Shown here: piece by piece, positions 13,051 to 25,010 of the stretch | How the letters are laid out: every line of letters begins with the position of its first letter | How positions within the stretch are numbered: the stretch's first letter is position 1 | Position numbers and translations under genes: made by a program | The notes under the pieces: generated by a model | What the model was told of the DNA's origin: nothing | Database searches by the model: none | The model's input: the letters and a program-made list of their open reading frames with translations, nothing else | From: Octopus vulgaris | Taxonomy: Eukaryota | Assembly (NCBI GenBank): GCA_951406725.2 | Contig: OX597834.1 | Location: 2,046,001 to 2,110,000 of the forward strand | Direction of reading: 5' to 3' | DNA length: 64,000 bases

Positions 13051-16000
13051 CTTGATTTAGGCCAGAAACCTTGTTGTCTTTCATCCGTTTGTCTACAGCC
13101 ACTCTGATGGGGCCGGGGGGGGGGGGTGTTGCATCCACCACCACACCAGTAGGTGGCAGTGCTGCTTGCACCATTGCACACCACCCACATTACAACTGTT
13201 GGCAGCCCACACAAACACCGTGTCCTCCCTCTGCTTCTCTGACCTCCACGACCTCCATCCTCACCGCATCTCACGCAACACAATCATCCAGTCCTTCTTC
13301 ATTTACATCATTTAGTGGTGATCACCTACAAGGATGCCGGGCACTTTCCCTCCATCTGTGACCACCTCTCCTTTCTTACAAATGAGAACACGTTTCACAC
13401 TGGATTTTGACTTCCTTCAAATTTTGGGAGGTCAAAGGCAAAATATTTGACACTAATAGGGTGGAGTCAATAACATGGTTAGATGTACAGAGGTCATTGA
13501 GTGACCTTTTGTGTGTAGAGGTCATTGAATAATCTCTGTATAATGTATTTACTGGAGGTGAGATTTGAACCTGTCACTTTGATGTTTGTGTGATGTCATT
13601 TCTGGTCCCTTGTCACCAGTTTTCTCAATGGGGAAGGAATCTGTTTGAGAATGAGGCAGAGCAACATCTGCTTCACAATGTAGGTGGATGCGTGTGTGTG
13701 TGTGTGTATATATATATAAAGGAGTAAGAAAAGGTTGAAGTTGTCACCACTGCTGGCAATAAAGAGCTTCTCCCTTCAGATTGAAGGGGGCAGAATTGTT
13801 TAATGTGGAATGGGGGACAGGGGATTTATAAAGTGTGACAATAGATAAAGCAAGGATGTGTAATGTCATTATGGATGAACTGAGAGAATCGGGTGTTGTA
13901 AGGAAGTAGAGAGAGAGAGAGAGATGGGATGAGAAAGGGAATAATTCTTGGAGAGAATGGAACTTATGGAGGAGGAGGAAGACTAAGCCAGACTTAGAAT
14001 TGGATTTGTGCCAAGATAGTTGTCACTTTGCCCTAAGATTCAACTTCTGTTATAAGTTGGTTCCTCAATTTCATATCTCTGTAGTTTCTTTTTTCCTACA
14101 CACATTGTTTGCCCTTGTAGCAGTTGGTAATGAAGCCCCTATGCCACTCATTAGCTAATTAATGACTTGCTTTATTATCAGATATTTTCAGCATCTCAGC
14201 AACTAAACCCAATGGCCATTCTGACCCTATAAACAGTCCACTTCAATGGCTGCTCCCCCTCTTCTTCTCAGTTCATTTTACACATTTTTCACACTCAGCC
14301 TCCTCTCTTGAATATTTCCAAGTTTGCCCTCATTTCAAACTTCTTTCCTGAAGGCTGCTTTGCAAGCCAGAACACACCACTTCTCTCTCATCACAAAACC
14401 CTTTTTCCCCTTCTAGCTCTCTCACTGACATATTCTCTGCTACTTCCTTTCCTCCACTCCTCGCTTTTATCAATCCCTACTGTCCCACTGCCAGTTTACT
14501 TTGGAACCAGTCTTGGTCTCATAGACCTTCCCATGTCCCTATCTCACCACCATCACCATCATCATCATCATCATTTAGAACTGCTTGAAACCTATCTTTA
14601 GCAGACCTTCCCTAGGATGTGCCTCTGTCTTTTCATAAGTCACTAATCAATAACCAATAATCAGTTGTGTATTAGGATTTACAACCAAACCATTTCCAAT
14701 TCCTCTTCTTCAGTTGAGAATGAAATTTATCTGGCTTCCGTGATTGGAAATCTGTCCAAGAAGTTGATTGGTTTCCTGAAATTTGTCTTAGCAAATGGTT
14801 AGTTCCTTTTGTAGTATCACAGAACTCCAGAAGCCTCTCTCCCTCCTCATCCCTAGAATCCTAGCAAAATCCACCGTCCAAGTGCAGCCAATAGAACTAG
14901 GATAATGCTGTCTCTTATTTGTTACCAAGGGGTTTGCAACGGGGCCTCATAAAAACCATCTTTTCACTCCTCAATTAATCTTGTCTGTACAACAAACACT
15001 TGTGTCCAAGTTTAATTTTTCTGTCACATATTCTCGATTGTTTAATTAGATTATTCGTTCACTAATGAGTCTTTATGTAAACTAATCCAGACGACTTTGT
15101 CCCCTAGTTCTTTACTTTTGAAGAGTCTTGCCAAGACCCCTTTCTATCGTAGCCCTGGGACATCCACTGTTGGTCGTGCATATTGGAGAAGCTGTGTACT
15201 TTGGTCATTGTTTTATTGCTGGGTTGCCCTTCCTGCCACGACCCATTTCACAGCAGAAGAATTTGAGGAGGGAGGAGGGGTGGAAGGGATAAGAAAGGAG
15301 TCTGGACTAATGGCGGGGGGGGGGGTGTTAAAAGAGAAAGAAAGAAGTGTATTAGATAAATGTAGACTAAGAAGAATGATGAGAGAGGGGGGAATGTAGG
15401 ACAAGTGTCTGTTTGGGTATGTAAGGTTCGACTCATTTGCTGCCTCATCTGTTCTGTCGTCCTCTCTCCTACTCACCATACCACCCACCAATTCTACAAT
15501 TAACAAATGTACCTACCATTAGTCTCCCCACTTCGATTGCATGGAGAGAGACACACACACACGTAAGTGATGGCTGCATGTTGCTTGCGTCAGATCTTTT
15601 TTCTCTCTGATGCCCCTCATTTTCCTGCTTGTCACTCCCTCTTGACACCTCACCCACCCATCTATACTTACTGGCCCTGCTCACCCATTTTGTGGCAGTG
15701 GTAACACACATCCATCAGATTCTCCAGAAGCTTCTATCTCCTCCCTCTTCTTGTTACATGTCATACTAATCCATTTCACCTTTGACCTTTCTCACCACCA
15801 AAACAACAGTTCAACCCATCAACAACAACTTATTTCAAGTCAAACAATTTCAACACCATCAGCTGACACTGGATCCCTCTTTGACCAGGGGACAGTTTCC
15901 TCTATGTGAGATAAATGAAGATGAATGTTTAATAGTTCAATACATGCTACAAATGTTTCAGTAGCATAGCAGTTTATTTGCACTTGGCATATAACAATCA

Positions 16001-16278
16001 TCATTATATATTTGCTAAGTACCTAAATAGCCAGCCACCTCATCAGGGAAGGCAAAAAACATTCGGTATATCTAGTGATTGCCACTTCTTTATGGAAGAA
16101 GGCTATTTCTTCAGTTAGTAGATGCTGTCATGAGATCTCATGTAACCAGCAGCTCTAACTCAAGACAAACAGACTCAACTGCTGATGTTGTTACTAACAT
16201 GCCCAAGCTGAAAAGCGTCAGATTACAATCAAATCCTGTTTATAATTTCTTTTCTGTATACATATATATATAATGTGA

Positions 16279-16535
16279 AGGTGCATGGCTTAGCAGTTAA
16301 GGCATTTGGCTTATGATTGTAAGGTTGTGAGTTCAATTCCCAGTGACGTGTTGTGTCCTTGAGCAAGACACTTTATTTCATGTTGCTCCAGTCCACTCAC
16401 CTGGCAAAAATGAGTTACACCTGTATTTCAAAGGGCTGGCCATGTCACGCTAAATCTCATTAAGGGTCCATGTGTCTAGAGTGCTCAGCCAGTTGTGTGT
16501 TAATTTCATAAGCAAGCTGTTCTGTTGATCATTGG
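16279..16535 (+). mobile_element. tRNA-derived SINE family 2 (copies at about 24195-24470 -, 45855-46165 -, 63238-63460 +)
   Basis: A-box-like tggcttagcagtt, B-box-like gagttcaattcc, body gtgtccttgagcaagacactttatttca..ttgctccagtccactca. Confidence 0.8.
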
Positions 16536-17461
16536 GACCCTAGTACTATAGTTCTTTAGATTTTATTTTAGTCTGGAGGGAAGGGCTAGAGCCCTTGACC
16601 CTTTGCAAGGCCTCTGAGATTAGAGGAGAGAGAGAGAGTAAGGTCCTCTCAGACCAGGAATGTGATCCAAATGCTTATTATAGAGTGAGCTGCACTAAAG
16701 TCACTCCATGGTAGCAAATGGTGGATGAAATGTTCTGCTTAAGATGATAGCAGGATGTAAAGAGGCAGAACTAATACCACAAAGGACCCAGTCCACCATT
16801 GTTGCAGTTTCACCAACCCTAACCCCTTCTCTTGCGGCTTGATACTGTCCACTGAAAGGATGAATGGTAAAGTTGAGACCAAGGTGGGATTTCAACTCAG
16901 AACCAATACTACAAGGTATTTTATTTAAAACCCTTTCGACAATATCACCCCAACGTGGGTCAGTTTACCCAACTGTGCCACAGGGTTGAAAGCTATTCCA
17001 TTGTTATAAAAATAGGGAGCACTAATGAAATAGTTGTGTGGGTGAGTGTAGCTACATCTAGGAGAGGAAGATGTTCCCTCTCTCAGCTGACTTCTCTCTA
17101 CACACACAGTTGACTTAAGACCCCAGGTTCAGTTCTCCCCTTAGGTTATTGCCCTTGGTGTTGATTTTCTACAACACTGAGAGGAAAACCCTTATGGGGG
17201 TCCATCAACTGGCTAGAAATAGCAGCAAAATCTCCCTTGTATCACACGCTATACATGAATTGCTAGAAATAACAACCAAATCCTGCTCAAACCATAGAAG
17301 CAACATAATTCAATGTAGTCTTAGGTATATAAATATATGCAATGGCCATGGCTGGAAAGCATCAAGCAAAAATAATCAAACCTGATTCAACAGTAACCAA
17401 AGTAAAAAAAAAAGAACCTGGATTTCCTCAGAACTCTGGGAGAGATTTAATTGTTTTGGTG

Positions 17462-17647
17462 CTAATACTTGTTTTTGATGGGCCATCTGTGGTCCGCATT
17501 GCGTCGCCTCAATCTCAGCACGTCACCATCGACGTGAATAGCTTGGGCCTTGCTACGGAGGTCGTTGTGGATGTTCATTTTAGCCAGGTTCAGTAAATCG
17601 ATGTTCCTGCTGTTGTCAACAAGGGCATCCAGGAGGATGTTGCTGGC
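17462..17647 (-). CDS. CCDC105: CCDC105/TEKTL1 terminal coding exon
   Basis: ttgccag acceptor; ASNILLDALVDNSRNIDLLNLAKMNIHNDLRSKAQAIHVDGDVLRLRRRNADHRWPIKNKY*; tektin C-terminal DxxxKxxxxxVD..LRxR signature. Confidence 0.87.
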   Translation of the reverse strand, partial: ASNILLDALVDNSRNIDLLNLAKMNIHNDLRSKAQAIHVDGDVLRLRRRNADHRWPIKNKY

Positions 17648-18540
17648 CTGGCAAAGAAAACAAAACACAGGTTCAGGGATCAATCCTTCAGTTTGTTCAC
17701 TGAATTCTGTGGCCATGGGGCTTTGGGTGGGGCGGGGGAGAATACACCCTTTTCCATGTCCTAGTAACAGCAGTTTTCTATGAAATAAATAGAAATAACA
17801 GTTAAACCTTCCTTGTCTTTGAAGAGAAGGACACATTGTAGAATGCAGTCCTAGATGTATTGTGCCAAAGAAAATGACAGGAACCAACTTGTAGCCCTAT
17901 TTGAAACTAATGCACTGGAGAATATAGTCCTAGATACACTATGCCAATGAAGAAGTCAGGAACCAACAATGGGTGTCTCTATATGGTAGCTAAATCTGTT
18001 AGAAATATCAGCTAAGTTTCCCTCCAATCACACTTTGCTGCTTTTCAAGAGAACACATTGGAAATTATAGTCCTTGGTACACTTGTACTAATTGAAAAAA
18101 ATAGGATGGTCATGGGTGGAATAACTTGTTCAGCTCTAACCTGGGGTCAACCATTCTCATTGTGATTAAGGGACAGCCCTTCAGCTATGAGTTGCTATGG
18201 TTACCTTATAAGGGAAAATACTGGTTAAAGCCAGTATTGACATGGCTCAGAGGTTAACAAATTCACTTCACAATCACACACTGCTGGGTTCAATCCTGCT
18301 GCAGAGCATCTTAAATGTTTTCTGCTGAGTCCTTATATTATATTGGTTTGTGGCATAATTCAACAAAGAAAGCACTCCATCTGGTGAGAGCCAAATGTTT
18401 CTGTTCAAGGGTCACAATTCATGTCTTTGGGTGCCACTAATAGTTTCAAACTCTTCCTGCTGAACTAAGAACCTCTCAGCACAAAGAGTGGTCTGCGCCT
18501 GAAGAACGTGTATTGTGATCCTTAAACAGAAATACGTATA

Positions 18541-19069
18541 TCATGACCTTCGAACTTTGGGTCTCACTGAGGAAATGACTAGAGACCGAGACCTCTGGAA
18601 GTATGCTGTGCGCGAGAAGACTCGGCAGGACAAGTGAGACCATAACCCGTGGCCTTCTACATGGGATGTAGCCAGCCCACTTATGCATAACTTCCCTTCT
18701 TGGGACACAAAACTCTACTTGTGAAGACCTGTTGAGTCAAGTGAGGATCAGAATCGAAATCGATCAATGGAAATTGCAGCTGAGTTACTAGTGCCAGTGG
18801 CACGTAAGAGAACCATCCGAATGTGGCCGTTGCCAGCCTCGCCTGGCACGTAAAAAGCACCATCTGTCCATGGCTGTTTGCCAGCTCCGTCTGGCACGTA
18901 AAAAGCACCCACTACACTCACGGAGTGGTTGGCGTTAGGAAAGGCATCCAGCCATAGAAACACTGCCAGATCAGACTGGGCCTGATGCAGCCTTCTGGCT
19001 TCACAGACCCCAGTTGAACCGTCCAACCCATGCTAGCATGGAAAACGGACGCTAAATGATATGATGATG
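18541..19069 (+). mobile_element. RTE-clade LINE 3' end
   Basis: Colinear with 9005-9554 (HDLRTLGLTEEMTRDRDLWKYAVREKT, UTR, GAT tail). Confidence 0.88.
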
Positions 19070-19097
19070 ATATATATATATAATACAGACACACACA

Positions 19098-19865
19098 CAG
19101 GGGTGGGCAAAAGTCATGCACCAAGATTAAAACTTGTAATTATATTTGCACATTTCAAAAACTTTTCAAGACTCTAACTTGAGTAAAGTGTTACCAAATA
19201 AATACACAATATGGAAAGTCAATGAAACAGTTGCATGTGTGAGGCATTGAGAAAATAGACCAGAAGGCCATGTTAGAACAAAACATAATTAATTTGGGCT
19301 GCAATGAGATTAGACAATTGTGCTATGGAGAAGTCTAGGGAGGCCATTGGACTTACTCTTACACGCATAGAAGCATACCATGATAAAGGCAGCAAGAAGT
19401 TTGAACGGGGCCAGTTCTGTCAACAGAGAATAAAGGGATTCACCTTGCGAGCTGAATGTGATCCCATGGTTTATGGTGTTAAGTCAGTGAAATAACACAA
19501 CTATTCATGTTGAAATAATGCCACTGAAAATAGCTGCAAAGTCTTCTGCTAATTGCTGGCTGACCGACTGGAACAGAGATTTGTTTGCTGATGGTCGCAA
19601 CATTGGGGTTGCCTGCTGATGGTCACTGCAAAAAGGTGCACTTTTTTTTTCTTCTTTTGTAGAGATGACAAGGCAATACGATTGGCCACATCATGCATAG
19701 ATGGAAGACCACTACACCAGCAGAAAGCTCCACTGCAGTGCTGTTTTTTCTCAAAGACGGTGCCCAACTGACCCTACTATACTGTGTAGTCAACAAAATC
19801 AAAAACAATGCACGCATGTAAAATTAAGAATATAAAATGGCAACAATTTACCCATTGCACCGTGT
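19098..19865 (-). mobile_element. Tc1/mariner-like remnant(s)
   Basis: CAGGGGTGGGCAAAAGT terminus; 19740-19820 matches 8686-8765 of the Tc1/mariner copy. Confidence 0.55.
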
Positions 19866-20029
19866 GTGTGTGTATATACACACACACACACACACCTACT
19901 CTCAATCTCAGGAATGCAGTAAACCAGTAGTTGTTCCATTGGAACCTGTGACCAGCAAATTTAACAAGTCAACTTATGACCCCTGAAGTGATCCCTAAAT
20001 TTCCCGTTTTACACCAAATACTCTTATAA

Positions 20030-20270
20030 ACAATGTCCATGGCAACATTGGTGATGTTTAGCAACCATTTCTAACGAGCAGTAACTTAGTAACCGTTTCT
20101 ACAGATTGGTAACTAAACAACCGTCTCTAAGGATTAGTTCTGTAGCATTTGTTTCCAAAGCCTTCTGACTTAGCATCCGTTTCCAAGGTCTGTGGGTTGG
20201 TAGCAACTGGATTGGTTACTTAGCAACTGTTTTATAAGGTTCAGAGCATTAGCAAGCACTTCTAAGCCAA
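20030..20270. repeat. Degenerate minisatellite (unit about 28 bp, TTAGCAACCGTTTCTAAG-like core)
   Basis: ttagcaaccatttctaa, ttagtaaccgtttctac, aaacaaccgtctctaag, ttagcatccgtttccaag, ttagcaactgttttataag, ttagcaagcacttctaag. Confidence 0.7.
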
Positions 20271-20739
20271 GTGAACATACGAGAGTTCTGTTTACTCTGG
20301 GATATGAGGCTACACTTTCACATATTAACTTCTCTAGGAAATGTTTGTTTCTCAGCAGTTTGGCAGAGAGCAAGGCTGAGAGAAGTTAGTTGTTGATCAA
20401 CTGGTCAAGGGTTCAAATCAACAGCCAGGTGTTTGTTGCTTTTCTTTTTTTTTTTCTTATGAACTGTGAAGTGTTTCTGGAAAAACGGAACTGGAACATC
20501 TGGGATGTGTTAACAGCCTAACATATCTTCCTTCTTCACCTTGCCCTACCCAGGACAACAAGGAACAACTTGCTAGAAATAGCAGTCTTTTCCCAAATTA
20601 TGTACAAGTACAAATTAGACAATGTAATGGTTGCTATAAAAAAAAGACAGGATGGTCACAACTGGAACATTACGTCTACTGGACCATTGAGTGATGCAGT
20701 GCTGAGATAGAAAGAGGTGGGTTGGTCCCGTCTACTTAC

Positions 20740-20844
20740 ATCTCGAATGTCTTTGGCTCCGGACAAGTCTTGTCCACCATGGCGTTTGTACACCTCCACC
20801 ATTGGTCTGTTGATGCGTTCTCGACAGGTGAGATAGGCCGTACG
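20740..20844 (-). CDS. CCDC105: CCDC105/TEKTL1 coding exon 5 (35 codons)
   Basis: ctcttgcag/gtaag boundaries; RTAYLTCRERINRPMVEVYKRHGGQDLSGAKDIRD, similar to CCDC105 'EKLDRPLVRMYQRHVG'. Confidence 0.85.
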
Positions 20845-21180
20845 CTGCAAGAGAGGAGGAGTTACAGTAGAGTATAGAGAGAGAGGAGGAGGTACAGTTG
20901 CTGAACGTGACTGGAGAACATCTCCAGAGGATGCAGAGAGGTTTGTACGGGGCTGCCAGCAATGGAAAGCACTGGTGGCCCTGGTTGGCTCTACACAAGA
21001 CAACACTTATGGGACCCGGGATGAGCTCGAAGCAAGAAGAGGCAGAACGGTTGATTATAGAGAAAGAAATCTAGTAGGAACAGAGAGTGGAGAGATGTAC
21101 ATCGAATGTGCTTTGTGATACAACCACACCGCTACCATGCTACCACCAATACTATAGTAGAGAGAAATACCATTAAATTA

Positions 21181-22905
21181 GCAAATAGCTAACTATAGAT
21201 TACCCCACTAAGCACCCTAACAATAGACTCCCTGTACTTGATACTGAACTTTGGTTAGAGACTGTGAACAATAGAGTGCATCTCCTCCACTCTTATTACA
21301 TGAAACCTGTAACTTCAAAATATGTTGTTCACAAGAACCCAGCTTTGTCACACAACATGAAAATTAACATACAAATAGCAGACCTTGTTAGAATAATGTG
21401 TCCCCACTATGCGAACCCTGTGAAATGAAGAAACATATACAGAACTTCATGCACCGCATGCAGTTCTCTGGATATGATCAGAAAGATAGGGTTCATGCAT
21501 ACAGGGAGGTTAGAAAGAAATTAGATAACATTATATGTAATGATACCAGTGGTACCTGCCCTAGATATAGAAACAAAGAATGGAATAGAATACAAAGAGC
21601 TTGTGACAAAGCGAACACATGGTATAAAACCAACCAATATCAAGGAGTGATGTTTGTAGAGGCCACAGCCCATGGAGAACTAGCCCGTAGATTTAGAAAA
21701 GCTCTGAAGGAGACCAAACTCTACATTAAAATTGTTGAAAAGCCAGGGAACTCCGTCAGATCACAACTATGTAGGACGTACCCCGTTTAAGAATACCATA
21801 TGCACCAATGATAACTGCATGGTATGTAGGATTAACCCTGGTATTAACTGTAGAACTGGAAATGTAGTTTATAGTATAAGATGCATAGAAGGTGCTTGTA
21901 AGGACATGAACATGATGTACATAGGGGAGACGTGTAGGAGCATTGCGGAATGAATAAATGAACGTCTGAGACAATATGACGACAGAAAACAGTCCTCCAT
22001 ACTCTGCCAACATACCAAAGACCACCATGGAGGCAACTCGGGTCAACTTGACATCCGCATCTTATCCAAACACCCAAAAGACCCAACACTCAGACAAATA
22101 CGGGAGTAGTCCTTATAAATGAAACTTACCCAATATTAAGTAGGAAATATACACAGTAAATACCATACCTCCATACTCACAGTTTATACAGGTAGAGTAG
22201 AATAGTTAGTGGACTTTTTTATGTAGATAAATGTATGTATGTGGGGTGTGAGTGTGTGTGTATGCACTTTTTTTTTCTGTATGTAAGCATTTAGATATGT
22301 AAATAAACAGATCAATATACAGACGGATAGGTTTATAGGTTACAAGAACAGACACATATGGAGACACGGATCCACACATATAAAGATGCACATCCATACA
22401 CACAAACATGGTACATAGTTACATAACACACACACACACACACAGATATGCACACACAAGGAGACAGAGGTGCATACATATACAAACACATGCTCACACA
22501 CACATACATAGAACATACACAAACACGGACAGGCGAGCACATAAATATGCAGGATACGTACATACAGATGCACACATATATACATACATACACATGCAAA
22601 CACACATACATACATTCATGTATGCATGTATAGGCACACACACACACACACACACTGACCCACTCACATGTGCAAAACAAACAAAAGGAACGCAGTGTAA
22701 ATAAGGGACAGAGTCAAGACTATTGAAAAGGTTGCAAGACGCAACGAAAATTTTAGGAAAATAAAAATAAGAAAAAAGTGGAAATTTTACCGGTGAGTGT
22801 GTTAAATAATAAGGCACTTAAAGAGAATGACTCTCCCCAGACACAACAGAAAATGCTTCAACACACAAACTCATATAAAGAATCTTGCAAACCAAATCCA
22901 AAAAC
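21181..22905 (+). mobile_element. 5'-truncated Penelope-like retroelement (RT thumb plus GIY-YIG remnant plus terminal repeat) with 17-bp TSD
   Basis: Degraded ORF: LTIDYPTKHPNNRLPVLDTELW, YYMKPVTSK, NVVYSIRC...YIGETCRSIAE (GIY-YIG), with stops and frameshifts; flanked by GAAATACCATTAAATTA at 21164-21180 and 22906-22922. Confidence 0.85.
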
Positions 22906-22912
22906 GAAATAC

Positions 22913-23008
22913 CATTAAATTATTCTTTGACAATTCGGTTTTGTCTGACAAAATGTTGGCCATTTGTAGTGACTTCCTGTTTTCACCATTATGTATGGAC
23001 AGTTGTTG
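22913..23008 (-). CDS. CCDC105: CCDC105/TEKTL1 coding exon 4 (32 codons; absent from the ORF track)
   Basis: ctctctttcag acceptor and gtattt donor, phase 0/0; QQLSIHNGENRKSLQMANILSDKTELSKNNLM fills the expected gap. Confidence 0.78.
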
Positions 23009-23449
23009 CTGAAAGAGAGAGTCAGAGAGGGCAACAGTTAATGCAAGTGGGGTAACAAAACTGGGTGAATATATTGGCAGTCGTTGGTGAAATACAGATG
23101 TGGGTTAACATTAATAATGGGCTAACAGAAAAGCAAGTGAAATGTTAGGGTAAACAGTTAATACCAGGGTATACATAAAATAATAGGATGGTAGATTAAA
23201 ATTTAATACTGGATTAGATATACGGACAGTCGTGCATGAGACGGGCTAACATTTAAGACCAGGTGGGATGCTTAGGGACATGAATATTATTTTGAATGAT
23301 ATCATTAACCACCAGGGCCCCACTTTTCTTTTTTTTCAAGGTCTCTAAAAGTGTTGTTAAATGGAAGAAGATTAGAGACCTGTTGATGTCAATGATGATG
23401 ATGATGATGATGACACAAAACCAATCCAACAAAAACTCTGCCAACTCAC

Positions 23450-23812
23450 CAATAAATTATTTGTTTCGTTCAGTTTTTTACTCAACCCTTTATTCACTGA
23501 CAGATGAGCAGCATCTTTCAGGCTCCTCATCTTCTTAATTGCGTTCTCAGCTTCCTCACGGTTCTTACAAGACATCTTCATTGCATCCCTTGCCTCTCGC
23601 AATGAAATCTCAACTTCAGGAGTCTTTACCTCAGCCAATTCAATTGGATTCGGCAGGATTGCCCCCAGTTTAGCATTTGCTGTCTGGGGCCGTGGCTTCT
23701 CCTGCCACAATTTCTGAAAATGGATGCTGGCCACAGATTCATTGGTCAACTCCATGACACGACCTCGCTCCTTTAGGGTAGCTTTTAGATTTTTTCGAGC
23801 ATTTTGAAGAAC
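23450..23812 (-). CDS. CCDC105: CCDC105/TEKTL1 coding exon 3 (121 codons)
   Basis: tttcag/gtgag boundaries; VLQNARKNLKATLKERGRVMEL...AAHLSVNKGLSKKLNETNNLL, coiled-coil heptads. Confidence 0.87.
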
Positions 23813-24609
23813 CTGAAATATAAGGATAGATGGAGAAATATGAGGGGTAGATGGAAGAATATAAAGAAAAGTACAAGAGGGAGAAATATGAGGCTGAACA
23901 GAGATTGGCAAAATGAAGTTCTTGACTTTGCATTGTCACGTTTCTATTTATTTCAATTAATTTTAATAATAATAAAGAATTTAGTAAAATAATTTTGTTT
24001 TTATTAAACAGGTGTTTGGAACATAAATTAACATAAAATTTTGATGGAAGGTTTTTAATTCAAATCACTTTAAAACATGAAGTTTGTATCATAGATTCAA
24101 GGGTGATGGTCTCGGGTGGATTAGAAAGAAAAGGATTTAGAGACAAAGGTGGGTAGAATATCACCATAATACACAAGAAAAAGAAAATGACACTGTTGGT
24201 TACGGCGATGATCAATGCTATTGATCCGATCAAAAGAACAACCTGCTCACGAAATTAACAAGTGGCTGAGTACTCCACAGACATATGTACTCCTTAAAGT
24301 AGTTCTCAGGAAGATTCAGTGTGACTTTGAAATACAGGTGTAACTCCTTTTCACCAGCTGGAGCAATGTGGAATAGAGTGTCTTGCCCAAGGACACCACA
24401 TGCCTCTTGGAATTGAACCCACGACCTTACAATCATGAGCCAGATATTCTGATGACTAAGCCACATATCGGCACTAAAAAAAAAAAAAAGGATGAGACAC
24501 TAGAATACCACTGCAACACAATCACTACGCTACCACTGAACTATGACACAACCACTGCAACCACTTGAATTAAATTAACACAAAAAGGGGGAATAAAATT
24601 GCAAATTAC

Positions 24610-24714
24610 TTGGAGACCATCTTGGACAATGTGTAGTTGGACTTCCAGAACTTTCTTGGAATTTACCAAATGTTTCATCTCAGCACAAAGTAAATCATCA
24701 GCTCCATCTCTGTC
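24610..24714 (-). CDS. CCDC105: CCDC105/TEKTL1 coding exon 2 (35 codons)
   Basis: ttgcag/gtaatt boundaries, phase 0/0; DRDGADDLLCAEMKHLVNSKKVLEVQLHIVQDGLQ. Confidence 0.85.
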
Positions 24715-25010
24715 CTGCAATAGAGAATGGCATGGATGGATTGACACATTATTGATTACACACCACATTCTACACATACACACTCAAATGTGTGTGTATA
24801 CTACGGGTTTTTTTTCTTTTTTGCATATCGTACATGTACAAGGCATTTAGAGTTTATTGATGGAAAGAGAAAACTGCCCAGAGGAGATTCTGCGTTTGAG
24901 TGGAACTTACCTTCCACTGGACTCCACATTTGGAAAACATTGCCAAATATATAGAAAAGGAAAAATTATTTTTAAAAACTGAACAATTTACGAACCAACT
25001 TTTCCCATTT

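Noticed and set aside
21005-21030. Possible micro-exon encoding GPI(S), which could supply the GPx missing between CCDC105 exons 4 and 5
   Set aside because: No canonical YAG acceptor or good donor in a compatible phase; cannot be supported without RNA data
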